A DNA stretch of 32,000 bases from Candidatus Methylomirabilis limnetica (GCF_003044035.1 NZ_NVQC01000015.1:90001-122000), one strand, 5' to 3'. Positions 1 through 7,536 are shown, counted from the stretch's first letter. The notes: generated from the sequence alone by a model not told the origin. Made by a program: numbers and translations.

Positions 1-147
1 GATCGGGATGCTGCGCAGAAGGCATACCTACTTGCCGTGCCGTTAATTGATAGGGCCGCCAGCAAAGGCTTCATCCACAAGAACGCTGCGGCTCGCTATA
101 AGTCAAGACTCGCTCTCCAGCTCCAGGCCCTCCCGTCTGCGTCGTAG
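1..147 (+). CDS. rpsT: 30S ribosomal protein S20, C-terminal part (5' end lies outside the window)
   Basis: Frame +1 is open from the window edge and reads DRDAAQKAYLLAVPLIDRAASKGFIHKNAAARYKSRLALQLQALPSAS, with stop TAG at 145-147. This matches the conserved S20 C-terminus (IDRAASKG.IHKN.AAR.KSRL). It is convergent with holA across a 3-nt gap. It is absent from the ORF track because it has no start in the window. Confidence 0.8.
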   Translation, partial: DRDAAQKAYLLAVPLIDRAASKGFIHKNAAARYKSRLALQLQALPSAS

Positions 148-150
148 GGC

Positions 151-1158
151 TCACGTTCTGCAGAGGCTCCAGACCAGTCCACTCAAGACCATAGGGGCTG
201 CAGATCTGCCCGACTTGATGGCCATGTCGGCTCGTGAGATCGACTGGAGGGCGCCCGTTAACTGCCCCCAGGAACGCGAGGCGCCTTGTTCCGCCAGGGT
301 CGCGACGACGCGAGGCGGTAGGCGGCCGATGGTCATCCTGCTCACCGGGGTCCCCTGCTCCCGTAGTGCTTTTGCCTGAAATAGCAGGCGGATCTGGCGG
401 GCCAGCATCCCGAGGATTTTCAAGGGCTCTTCGCCGGCATCTAAAAGACTCGTGAGACTGCGAAGCGCCCCATCCAGGTCTCTTCCCGATACGGTATCGG
501 TCAGTTGGAAGATCGTTCGTACCCGGGTCTCACCAACCATGGCTTCGATATGTTGCGGCAGTATCTCCACGCCCTCCCCACCGAACAGCGCGAGCTTTTC
601 CACGGCATAAATCAACTGGCGAAGATCGTCACCCACCAGGTCAATGAGCAGACTGATCGCGTCTGGCTGCAACCGCACGCCCCGCTCCTTGGCTGCTGCC
701 ACCAGCGCTTCCTTCAACGAATCAGCCTTCATGTGATCAAAGTGGAGGACCATCCCTTTCTTTTGAATCGCCGCCGCCAATCGGGTTCTGAGGTCAAGGC
801 TCCTCCCCGCCAGCACCAGGCAGCTTGTAGGAGAGGGATCGTTCAGATAGGCGAGCAACTCCTCCTGCTGCGCCTTCGAAAGCTCATCGACACCTCGGAC
901 CAGGACAACCCGACGCGGCCCCAGAAACGGTAACGTCCGAGCGCTCCCCAGGATCGACTGTGTCCCTGCCTCCCCTGGCCGAATCTGGTCGAGATTGAGG
1001 TCTCTCTCGCTCTCCGTCAGCAATGCATCAAGGAGTTGGTTAAGTGCCTGTTCCCGGCGGTACTCATCCTCCCCGTAAAGACAGTAGACGAGCGCAACCT
1101 CCCCTCTGCGGACCTGTTCGGCAACCGAGTGGCCTGTCTTGACTAAGCGTCCCATCAC
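151..1158 (-). CDS. holA: DNA polymerase III subunit delta
   Basis: A 335-aa ORF with the HolA-like N-terminus (ALVYCLYGEDEYRREQALNQLLDAL) and typical length. It occupies the conserved leuS-lptE-holA position. The start is either GTG 1158 or ATG 1155, and both overlap the lptE stop (1155-1157). Confidence 0.85.
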   Translation of the reverse strand: MMGRLVKTGHSVAEQVRRGEVALVYCLYGEDEYRREQALNQLLDALLTESERDLNLDQIRPGEAGTQSILGSARTLPFLGPRRVVLVRGVDELSKAQQEELLAYLNDPSPTSCLVLAGRSLDLRTRLAAAIQKKGMVLHFDHMKADSLKEALVAAAKERGVRLQPDAISLLIDLVGDDLRQLIYAVEKLALFGGEGVEILPQHIEAMVGETRVRTIFQLTDTVSGRDLDGALRSLTSLLDAGEEPLKILGMLARQIRLLFQAKALREQGTPVSRMTIGRLPPRVVATLAEQGASRSWGQLTGALQSISRADMAIKSGRSAAPMVLSGLVWSLCRT

Positions 1159-1661
1159 ACCCCGTCCAGCACCCTACTCACCACCTGGTCGGCGAGATCC
1201 GCCACCGCCCGAAGCGTTGCCTCATCCTCGGCCGCCCTGGTAGAAGTGACCCCTGACCCCGTAAAGTAGTAGGCCACACCTGTAACGCCGTCTCGGAGGA
1301 GCACCTTATCCTCCAGCCGATGTTTCACCGTAAAGGAGAACGAGATGCTCGTCCGTAGGCGCTTGGCCTGGTCTGAGGAGCTGAAGGCAAGCGGCTCTTC
1401 GGCAAACCCTTCAATGGCCCCTTCCAGAAGAGCGTCGGCGCCCTCCTCCACGACGCGGATCCGGCCTTCGGCCTTAAGCCTCCGGATCAGCGCATCTCTC
1501 AGGGCTGATAGAACGGTGGGACGAAGAGTTTTATTTTTGAGGGTCCCGATACTGATCGTCCTGACGGAGGACTGAAGAGCGCTGACCTCCCCAGACCCCA
1601 GTGGCCGATAGCCGCATCCAGCCAGCGCCAGGACTACCGCTATACAAATGATCGCCCTCAT
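1155..1661 (-). CDS. lptE: LPS-assembly lipoprotein LptE (RlpB-like)
   Basis: 168 aa with a lipoprotein signal peptide and lipobox (MRAIICIAVVLALAGCGY). It sits in the conserved slot between leuS and holA. Its ATG shares one nucleotide with the leuS stop at 1661. Confidence 0.7.
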   Translation of the reverse strand: MRAIICIAVVLALAGCGYRPLGSGEVSALQSSVRTISIGTLKNKTLRPTVLSALRDALIRRLKAEGRIRVVEEGADALLEGAIEGFAEEPLAFSSSDQAKRLRTSISFSFTVKHRLEDKVLLRDGVTGVAYYFTGSGVTSTRAAEDEATLRAVADLADQVVSRVLDGV

Positions 1662-4252
1662 CAGACTCCTCCAGTCACAATATTCACCAGCTTCTTCGGC
1701 ACCACGACCACCTTCTTAATCGGTCTGTCCTCCAGCCACACCTTGACCCGCTCGTCCGCGAGGGCTGCCTCACGCATGGCGCTGTCGTCGGCGCCCGCAG
1801 GCAGGAAGAGTCGGCTACGGACCTTTCCGTCTACCTGGATGACCATCACAATCTCCTCTGCCGTGATGACGGACGGGTCGTAGGTCGGCCATGTCGCGCG
1901 AAAGATGCTTCCGTTACGACCAAGTCGTTCCCACAGTTCCTCACACAGATGCGGCGCAAAGGGCGACAGGAGCAGCAGAAGGGTCTCGACGGCATAGCTG
2001 TAAGCGAAACGCCGCTCATCAGCTTCATCCGCAGGGCCCACCAGCTCGAAGCGGCCCATCTCGTTGGCAAGCTCCATAAGGGCGCTGATGGCCGTATTAA
2101 AGTGAAACTCCTCCTCGATATCCTCTGTGACACGTTTGACCGTCTGCTGGGCCTTTCGGTACAAGGCGCGACCGGCAACGAGCCTGGGGAAGGGTATTGG
2201 CGTGGAAGGTTGTTTGAGGAGCGCCTCCTGGTCCTCAACTAGGCGGACGATTTTGCTCAGAAAGCGGAACGATCCCTCTACCCCCTGGTCAGACCACTCC
2301 AGATCTCTTTCCGGCGGGGCGGCGAACAGGCAAAACAGTCTGGCCGTATCGGCCCCGTACCGCGCCAAAAGATCCTCGGGATCGATCACGTTCTTTTTCG
2401 ATTTCGACATCTTCTCGATCCGTCCAATCTCGATCGGACGGCCGCATGCCTTGCAGGCGCGATCGGTATCCACCTCCTCCGGCAGCCGGAACCCATGCTC
2501 CGGGCACTTGTAGGTTTCCTTGCACACCATCCCCTGCGTCAACAACCTCCTGAATGGCTCATCGACAGCGATGAGGCCCAGGTCGCGGACCGCTTTGGTG
2601 AAGAAGCGGGCGTACAACAGGTGGAGAACCGCGTGCTCGATCCCTCCGATATACTGATCCACCGGCATCCAGTAGTTGACACGAGCAGGCGTAACCGGTC
2701 CATCCTCGGCCTCCGGACTGGTGAACCGGAGGAAATACCAGGACGAATCGACAAAGGTGTCCATCGTATCCATCTCCCGCCTGGCGGGACCGCCGCAACG
2801 TGGACATGCAACGTGGGCAAACGTGGCGACCTTCTGGAGCGGGGAGCCCCCCTTCATCGTGACCTCAACATCCTGAGGCAGGATGACCGGCAACTCCTGG
2901 TACGGGACCGGGACTACTCCGCACCCATGACAGTAGATGATCGGGATCGGGTTGCCCCAATAGCGCTGCCGTGAGATCCCCCAGTCGCGGATCCGGTAGT
3001 TCACCGTTCGCTTCCCGATCCCCTCCCGCTCCAGGAAGTCCGCGATCGCCTCGCGCGCCTGCTCACTGCCCAGGCCCGTGAACGGGCCGGAGTTCACCAG
3101 TACGCCCTGCCCCTCGTGCGCCTGCTGCATGGTGGTCTCATCCAGATCGATATCGATGGGCCTCACAGCCAGGCGGATCGGCAGACCGTACTGCTTCGCG
3201 AACTCAAAGTCTCGCTGGTCGTTGCTCGGCACCGCCATAATGGCGCCGGTGCCGTACTCCAGCAGGACGAAGTTGCCGATCCAAACGGGAATCCGCTCAT
3301 GCGTGAGCGGATTGATGGCGTAGGCGCCTGTGAACACCCCCTCCTTCTTTGTGTCGGCTACCGCTCGCTGCGTCCTGTCTTCCAGCTTCATCCGGTCGAC
3401 GAATGCCCTGACCTGCTGCTCCTGCGGCGTGCCTTTCGAGAGGCTGAGAGCAAGCGGGTGCTCCGGGGCCAGGACCATGAAGGTTGCCCCGAAGAGCGTG
3501 TCCTGACGGGTGGTGAAGATCGTCAACGCCTCTTCTCGCTCGACGAGCGAGAAGCGCACCTCCGCCCCGACGCTCTTGCCGATCCAGTTGCGCTGCATCA
3601 CCTTGACCGGCTCAGGCCATCCGTGCAGCTCATCTAAGCTACTCAGCAGCTCTTCAGCGTACGCGGTGATCCTGAAGAACCATCCCGGTAGCTCCTTCTG
3701 CACAACGGACGTCCCGTCCCGCCAGCAGAGCCCACCCTCCACCTGCTCATTGGCCAGAACGGTCTGGCAGGACTCACACCAGTTGACGGTAGACGACTTC
3801 TTGTAGACCAGCCCCTTCTCATAAAGCTTCAGGAAGAGCCACTGTCCCCACCTATAGTAGCCTGGATCGCTACACGTGATCTCACGCTGCCAATCGTAGG
3901 AGAACCCCATCCATTTAAGTTGGGTTCGCATGTAGGCGATATTGTCGCGGGTCCACTTGGCCGGGTGCGTGCGGTGCTCGATGGCTGCGTTCTCTGCCGG
4001 CAGACCGAAGGAGTCCCAGCCCATCGGGTGCAACACATTGTACCCCCGCATCCGCAGAAACCGGGCCAGCACGTCGCCGATCGCATAGTTACGCACGTGG
4101 CCCATGTGGATCCTGCCGGACGGATATGGGAACATCTCCAGGAGATAGAACTTGCGCTTCCCGGACTCTTCCGTAGCCGCGAAGGCGCCACTCTCCTCCC
4201 ACACCCGCTGCCACTTCGCTTCAATCGTCTTAAAGTCGTAGCCCCGCGCCAT
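1661..4252 (-). CDS. leuS: leucine--tRNA ligase
   Basis: 863 aa with class I aaRS motifs HMGH (GRIHMGHVRNY) and KMSKS (EKMSKSKKNVIDP). The N-terminus YDFKTIEAKWQRVW is typical of LeuS. Confidence 0.97.
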   Translation of the reverse strand: MARGYDFKTIEAKWQRVWEESGAFAATEESGKRKFYLLEMFPYPSGRIHMGHVRNYAIGDVLARFLRMRGYNVLHPMGWDSFGLPAENAAIEHRTHPAKWTRDNIAYMRTQLKWMGFSYDWQREITCSDPGYYRWGQWLFLKLYEKGLVYKKSSTVNWCESCQTVLANEQVEGGLCWRDGTSVVQKELPGWFFRITAYAEELLSSLDELHGWPEPVKVMQRNWIGKSVGAEVRFSLVEREEALTIFTTRQDTLFGATFMVLAPEHPLALSLSKGTPQEQQVRAFVDRMKLEDRTQRAVADTKKEGVFTGAYAINPLTHERIPVWIGNFVLLEYGTGAIMAVPSNDQRDFEFAKQYGLPIRLAVRPIDIDLDETTMQQAHEGQGVLVNSGPFTGLGSEQAREAIADFLEREGIGKRTVNYRIRDWGISRQRYWGNPIPIIYCHGCGVVPVPYQELPVILPQDVEVTMKGGSPLQKVATFAHVACPRCGGPARREMDTMDTFVDSSWYFLRFTSPEAEDGPVTPARVNYWMPVDQYIGGIEHAVLHLLYARFFTKAVRDLGLIAVDEPFRRLLTQGMVCKETYKCPEHGFRLPEEVDTDRACKACGRPIEIGRIEKMSKSKKNVIDPEDLLARYGADTARLFCLFAAPPERDLEWSDQGVEGSFRFLSKIVRLVEDQEALLKQPSTPIPFPRLVAGRALYRKAQQTVKRVTEDIEEEFHFNTAISALMELANEMGRFELVGPADEADERRFAYSYAVETLLLLLSPFAPHLCEELWERLGRNGSIFRATWPTYDPSVITAEEIVMVIQVDGKVRSRLFLPAGADDSAMREAALADERVKVWLEDRPIKKVVVVPKKLVNIVTGGV

Positions 4253-4299
4253 TGATTCCTCAGAAAAAGTGTTCAGCCGTCAGCCTCGGACAAGTCCCC

Positions 4300-4392
4300 C
4301 GTATTCCCCCTTTTGCGAAATCCCGCATCGGGTCTCCCCCCTTTGCCAAAGGGGGGTTAGCCGTAGGTCGGGTTAGCGTAGCGTAACCCGAC
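4300..4392. repeat. Cluster of GC-rich palindromic repeats (family a, CCCCCCTTT-loop-AAAGGGGGG, and family b, GTCGGGTTA-N8-TAACCCGAC)
   Basis: A 9-bp stem lies at 4336-4344/4348-4356 with a 3-nt loop, preceded by a degenerate copy (cccccttttgcgaaatccc). A second hairpin lies at 4367-4375/4384-4392. Family a recurs at 12131-12151 and, imperfectly, at 28543-28563. Confidence 0.8.
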
Positions 4393-4616
4393 AACTCGGC
4401 TGAGATCGGCTGAAAACGTAACATAGGCCCTCAGATTGCGCAAGCGCGAAGCAATGCCTCATGCGCCTGCGGAACAAGCCCATGAGCATCAACGTCCGTG
4501 GCGCGAGGCCAACGGCTAAACCGTGAGTATGCTAAGAGTAGTCCAGATGCAAAGCTGGCTCTACTCGATTAACCGGCCCTTCATCCCTTCCCCATAGCCG
4601 CCATCGCAAATAGCCT

Positions 4617-4644
4617 TTGACGATGATACCACTAATGATACTAT
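4617..4644 (+). promoter_or_regulatory. Candidate sigma70-type promoter of hicAB, positioned for a leaderless transcript
   Basis: TTGACG (4617-4622), a 16-nt spacer, TACTAT (4639-4644), then 6 nt to the hicA ATG at 4651. There is no Shine-Dalgarno sequence. The direct repeat ATGATAC occurs at 4623-4629 and 4635-4641 inside the spacer. Confidence 0.45.
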
Positions 4645-4650
4645 AGAAAC

Positions 4651-4914
4651 ATGAGTACAATAGAAGACGCACTCAGCCATATACGTCGGAATCCACGGGA
4701 TGTACGATTCAGCGATTTATGCAGAGTGTGCGACCATTATTTTGGCGAACCTCGCCAGGGAGGGAGCAGTCATCGAATTTATAAAACCCCGTGGCAAGGC
4801 GATCCAATGATAAATATTCAAAATGATAAGGGGAAAGCCAAAACATATCAGGTTAAACAGGTTCTTCTGGCAACAGAAAGATTGGAGGTAGATCATACCC
4901 ATGAAAAAAGATAA
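4651..4914 (+). CDS. hicA: HicA-family type II toxin (mRNA interferase)
   Basis: 87 aa with a HicA-like core (GGSSHRIYKTPWQGDPMINIQNDKGKAKTYQVKQVL). It lies upstream of and overlaps a HicB-like gene by 14 nt. Its GC content is visibly lower than the flanks. Confidence 0.75.
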   Translation: MSTIEDALSHIRRNPRDVRFSDLCRVCDHYFGEPRQGGSSHRIYKTPWQGDPMINIQNDKGKAKTYQVKQVLLATERLEVDHTHEKR

Positions 4915-5224
4915 ATTTACCTACCGGGTAACATGGTCTGATGACGACAACGAGCATGTTGGTCTCTGTGCTGAATTTCCCAGTCTTAGTTGGCTGGCAA
5001 GAACGCCGGAATCAGCCCTAAAAGGCATTCGTAAAGTGGTTGACGATGTCATGAGGGATATGCATAAAAAGGGTGAGGCCATCCCCGAACCGATATCGTC
5101 CCGCCATTTCAGCGGCAAATTCATGGTGCGGGTTCCACCTCAGGTTCATCAGAAACTGGCCATCCAGGCCGCTGAGTTTGGCGTCAGTCTGAATCGGCTT
5201 GCCAGTGCAAAATTAAGTCAGTGA
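4901..5224 (+). CDS. hicB: HicB-family antitoxin with C-terminal RHH-type DNA-binding tail
   Basis: 107 aa. The N-terminus (YRVTWSDDDNEHVGLCAEFPSLSWLARTPESALKGIRKVV) looks like a HicB fold. The C-terminus (FMVRVPPQVHQKLAIQAAEFGVSLNRL) looks like a ribbon-helix-helix. Confidence 0.8.
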   Translation: MKKDKFTYRVTWSDDDNEHVGLCAEFPSLSWLARTPESALKGIRKVVDDVMRDMHKKGEAIPEPISSRHFSGKFMVRVPPQVHQKLAIQAAEFGVSLNRLASAKLSQ

Positions 5225-5235
5225 ACTACCACCGA

Positions 5236-5328
5236 GCGAGCTTTATGATTCAAGATCCGGACCATTCCGGCGATGATGACCGTTTCATTCTTCTCGGATT
5301 AAGCTCCTCTATTCGCATGATGGTTGTT
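5236..5328 (+). pseudogene. Fragment of a BrnT/DUF497-family toxin gene (central part only)
   Basis: The translation ASFMIQDPDHSGDDDRFILLGLSSSIRMMVV matches the conserved DUF497 core (DPDHS..E.RF...G.S..GRLLVV). The N-terminal ~35 aa and the C-terminal RIISAR motif are absent. It starts immediately after the hicB stop. Confidence 0.4.
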
Positions 5329-5464
5329 TTGTCATTGCTCCAGTGCTCCTTCCCTTCCCTCCGCTCCGGGAGAACCAGGGGCACGAAACCGACCGCTTCG
5401 CGGCGGCTCAGCCCCGCCTTAGCCGGTTGCCGCTTGAGGCTCACAGGCCAAGGGTGAACCAGAG

Positions 5465-5836
5465 ATGCCGTACTTGCTGATCGCAAACCTTTTGGTACTC
5501 CTGCACCTTTCCTTTGTCGGGTTTGTAGTCTTGGGCGCCCTCCTGGTGCTGCGTTGGCCACGGCTAGCCTGGATTCATATTCCCTGCGCGCTCTGGGGCG
5601 CGCTCATCGAGTTCGCCGGGTGGGTCTGCCCGCTCACCCCTCTTGAGATTCGGTTCCGCCAACTGGGTGGCCAGGCGGGGTACGCGGGCGGCTTCATCGA
5701 GCACTATCTGCTGCCAGTCCTCTACCCGCAGAACCTGACCCGGCCGGTGCAGGTGGTTCTCGGGACGCTGGTTCTGATCCTCAACGCGGCGACATACAGG
5801 CGCTTGTGGCGCCGCCGTACAAGCGGTAACGTCTAA
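5465..5836 (+). CDS. DUF2784-like small integral membrane protein
   Basis: 123 aa with 3-4 hydrophobic segments. The pattern LHLSFVGFVVLGALL...WGALIEFAGWVCPLTPLE recalls the DUF2784 family. Confidence 0.65.
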   Translation: MPYLLIANLLVLLHLSFVGFVVLGALLVLRWPRLAWIHIPCALWGALIEFAGWVCPLTPLEIRFRQLGGQAGYAGGFIEHYLLPVLYPQNLTRPVQVVLGTLVLILNAATYRRLWRRRTSGNV

Positions 5837-5893
5837 CATGGAAATGGAACGCGAGCCGCGTCCACTACAGACGGCGAGGGGCGCGCAAAGCTT

Positions 5894-5922
5894 TTGACAA
5901 CAGGCTGATACCAGCCTATTAT
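5894..5922 (+). promoter_or_regulatory. Near-consensus sigma70 promoter with an operator-like palindrome, positioned for a leaderless transcript
   Basis: TTGACA (5894-5899), a 17-nt spacer, TATTAT (5917-5922), then 6 nt to the ATG at 5929. The spacer holds the inverted repeat AGGCTG(5902-5907)/CAGCCT(5912-5917). Confidence 0.55.
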
Positions 5923-5928
5923 TAAGAC

Positions 5929-6180
5929 ATGATTGAAGTCCGCCTTTCGCCTGAAGCCGAAGCTGACAAAGAACGGCTCCCAATCCGGATGAAATACCTG
6001 CTGGATGATGTCCTGTAACGCCTAGAGTCCTGGCCCCAGGTTTCCGGGGTGAAATGGCTGAAGCACGAGTGGACGGGCCATACCCGCATCCGCATGGGTG
6101 ACTGGCGTGTGATCTTCAGGATTGAAAACGATGTGCTGGTGGTTCGCATCCAACACCGCAGCGAAGTGTACGAGGAGTAG
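5929..6180 (+). pseudogene. RelE/ParE-family toxin gene interrupted by an in-frame TAA (codon 30, nt 6016-6018)
   Basis: One frame reads MIEVRLSPEAEADKERLPIRMKYLLDDVL*RLESWPQVSGVKWLKHEWTGHTRIRMGDWRVIFRIENDVLVVRIQHRSEVYEE*. Both halves match the RelE/ParE pattern (..F.P.A..DL..LP......, G.KKL.G......R.R.GDYR.IY.I.D..L.V....HR.EVY). It lies directly upstream of an XRE-HTH antitoxin. Confidence 0.75.
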
Positions 6181-6189
6181 GAGGACATC

Positions 6190-6507
6190 ATGACCGTCGG
6201 AACGCTGATGATCGACAATGTGGAGTTTGTGGTAGTGCCCAAGGCGGAATGGCTTCGCCTGTTGGGCAAGGCCGCGCCCGAGGCCCTTTCTCCCGCCCGT
6301 CAGAGCGTGCGCGAAAGCATTGGTCGCGATCTCCGTAAGGCCCGCGAGGCCGCCGGACTGACTCAAGCTGAGCTTGCCAAGAAGCTGAGGAAATCCCAAG
6401 CGATGGTGAGCGGGGCCGAGAACGGCACGGTCAAGACGGGCTGGCCCTACGCCAAGGCCGTACTGAAGGCCTGTGGACTTCCGGAGGACTGGAAGGCCCC
6501 GAGTTGA
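6190..6507 (+). CDS. XRE-family HTH antitoxin (HigA-like)
   Basis: 105 aa with AGGAGG 6 nt upstream of the ATG. The HTH_3-like segment is LRKAREAAGLTQAELAKKLRKSQAMVSGAENG. It starts 10 nt after the RelE-like frame ends. Confidence 0.8.
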   Translation: MTVGTLMIDNVEFVVVPKAEWLRLLGKAAPEALSPARQSVRESIGRDLRKAREAAGLTQAELAKKLRKSQAMVSGAENGTVKTGWPYAKAVLKACGLPEDWKAPS

Positions 6508-6510
6508 GCA

Positions 6511-6680
6511 CAGGCAAAACCTAAATAGTAAATAGGGACAGCGACGAATGGCGCTAGCTTAAGGATTATTTGCATGAAAGAAACAGGCGAAAACATTGAC
6601 TAAACCGGAACAGCTATTGTGCGGCGACAGCTTAAACTAGCGCCATTCGGGACAGCGACCATTTGTTTAGGTTTGCCTGC
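6511..6680. repeat. Nested imperfect palindrome, about 170 bp, with an AT-richer core (MITE-like or structured RNA; function unknown)
   Basis: Outer arms are caggcaaaacctaaa (6511-6525) and tttaggtttgcctg (6666-6679). Inner arms are gaatggcgctagcttaag (6546-6563) and cttaaactagcgccattc (6631-6648), 17/18 complementary. The 11-bp direct repeat gggacagcgac occurs at 6535-6545 and 6649-6659. Confidence 0.6.
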
Positions 6681-7149
6681 ATCGGCTGATAATTAGGGCA
6701 TCAGCTCGGACACGGCTTCGCCGCGCCGGTTCTGCTCGCCGTTGAGGCTGTAGAAAACCCCCATTTTCGTTAAACTCAGCCGTCTGATCTGGTAAAGTTA
6801 CTCCACAGTATTCAAAGCGGACTGGGGGGAGCCGACCAGATGTAGAACGGAAGCTGCACTTCGAGACGGCGCAAAACGCCCGCGCCTCCTCAGTGCGAAC
6901 GGAGTCTCTGGTGGGTTTAGGGGATGGGGAAGGGGAGGCTTTCAAGCATCAAAGGACTTGCCGGAGTAGGAATAATCATCTATATTCGTTAGCCATGAGT
7001 GACGCAGCAGTCAATTTAACGACGCCCCTTCTAAGAATTTTCTGCTGCGTGCCCCCGCCTTACTGAAACGGGTCCAGTGGACCCCCGCGACTATCGTCTG
7101 TTTGCAGAGGCAATCCGTTTTGTCGTCGCTCACGACTGAGGGGAGTCTG

Positions 7150-7536
7150 GTGCAAGGCTGCGAGCGAATCCAAAGAAGGTGGAGCAGCAGTCGGGTCACT
7201 GCGGCCCTTGTGGTCCTGGCCTTCGGCTTCTTGCTGCTGGTCCCTGACCCCCACGATCACGGGGATGCCGACTCACTCGGTGGGCTTCTTCGGCTGCTCG
7301 TCCCCGACTCGAGCCAGACTGCTGATCCTCATCAGTCCGCAGACGAGCCTCGGCCAGAGGCGAACGGGCCTTGCCCGATTCATTTCTGGCACCAAGTCGT
7401 CGCGACCGGCATCCTCTTCGCTCTCCTGCCGCAATTCTTCCTCGGCTCACTCTTCCGCATTCCCCAATTCGTTACAGTTCGCTACGTCACAGACCTCGGA
7501 TCTTTTCACAGCCGCGCCCCGCCTGTTTTCTCCTAG
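7150..7536 (+). CDS. Hypothetical His/Asp-rich membrane-anchored protein
   Basis: The track ORF is 7102..7536. I prefer GTG 7150 because GAGGGGAG (7138-7145) precedes it. The N-terminus has positive charges followed by a TM segment (RRWSSSRVTAALVVLAFGFLLLVP). It continues with PDPHDHGDAD, then CPIHFWH and a second hydrophobic segment. Codon third positions look coding. I do not recognise the family. Confidence 0.4.
   Translation: MQGCERIQRRWSSSRVTAALVVLAFGFLLLVPDPHDHGDADSLGGLLRLLVPDSSQTADPHQSADEPRPEANGPCPIHFWHQVVATGILFALLPQFFLGSLFRIPQFVTVRYVTDLGSFHSRAPPVFS

Noticed and set aside
47-379. 110-aa plus-strand ORF at the window start
   Set aside because: It is in a different frame from the clear rpsT 3' end (1..147), and most of it is antisense to holA. 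The Arg/Ser/Pro-rich composition is typical of out-of-frame translation in GC-rich DNA.
505-933. 142-aa ORF antisense to holA, with similar antisense or out-of-frame ORFs across leuS (1846-4255)
   Set aside because: They lie entirely inside well-supported genes on the opposite strand or in another frame. They have no RBS and no recognisable motifs.
6016-6018. Recoding (readthrough, or pyrrolysine for the TAG at 25594-25596) as the explanation for the in-frame stops in relE-like and brnT
   Set aside because: The two stops are different codons (TAA and TAG). No recoding signals or pyl genes are visible, and TAA and TAG are used as ordinary terminators by other genes in the window. Simple nonsense mutation is more parsimonious, though it is untested.
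6990-7200. Possible riboswitch (cobalamin or metal-sensing) upstream of the His-rich/OMP genes
   Set aside because: Fragments such as gcccccgcc..ctgaaa and ggtgcaa..gaatcc loosely recall cobalamin-riboswitch elements. I could not find a B12 box or the expected paired architecture, and part of the region is better explained as coding (7150..7536). A covariance-model scan (Rfam/Infernal) would settle it.
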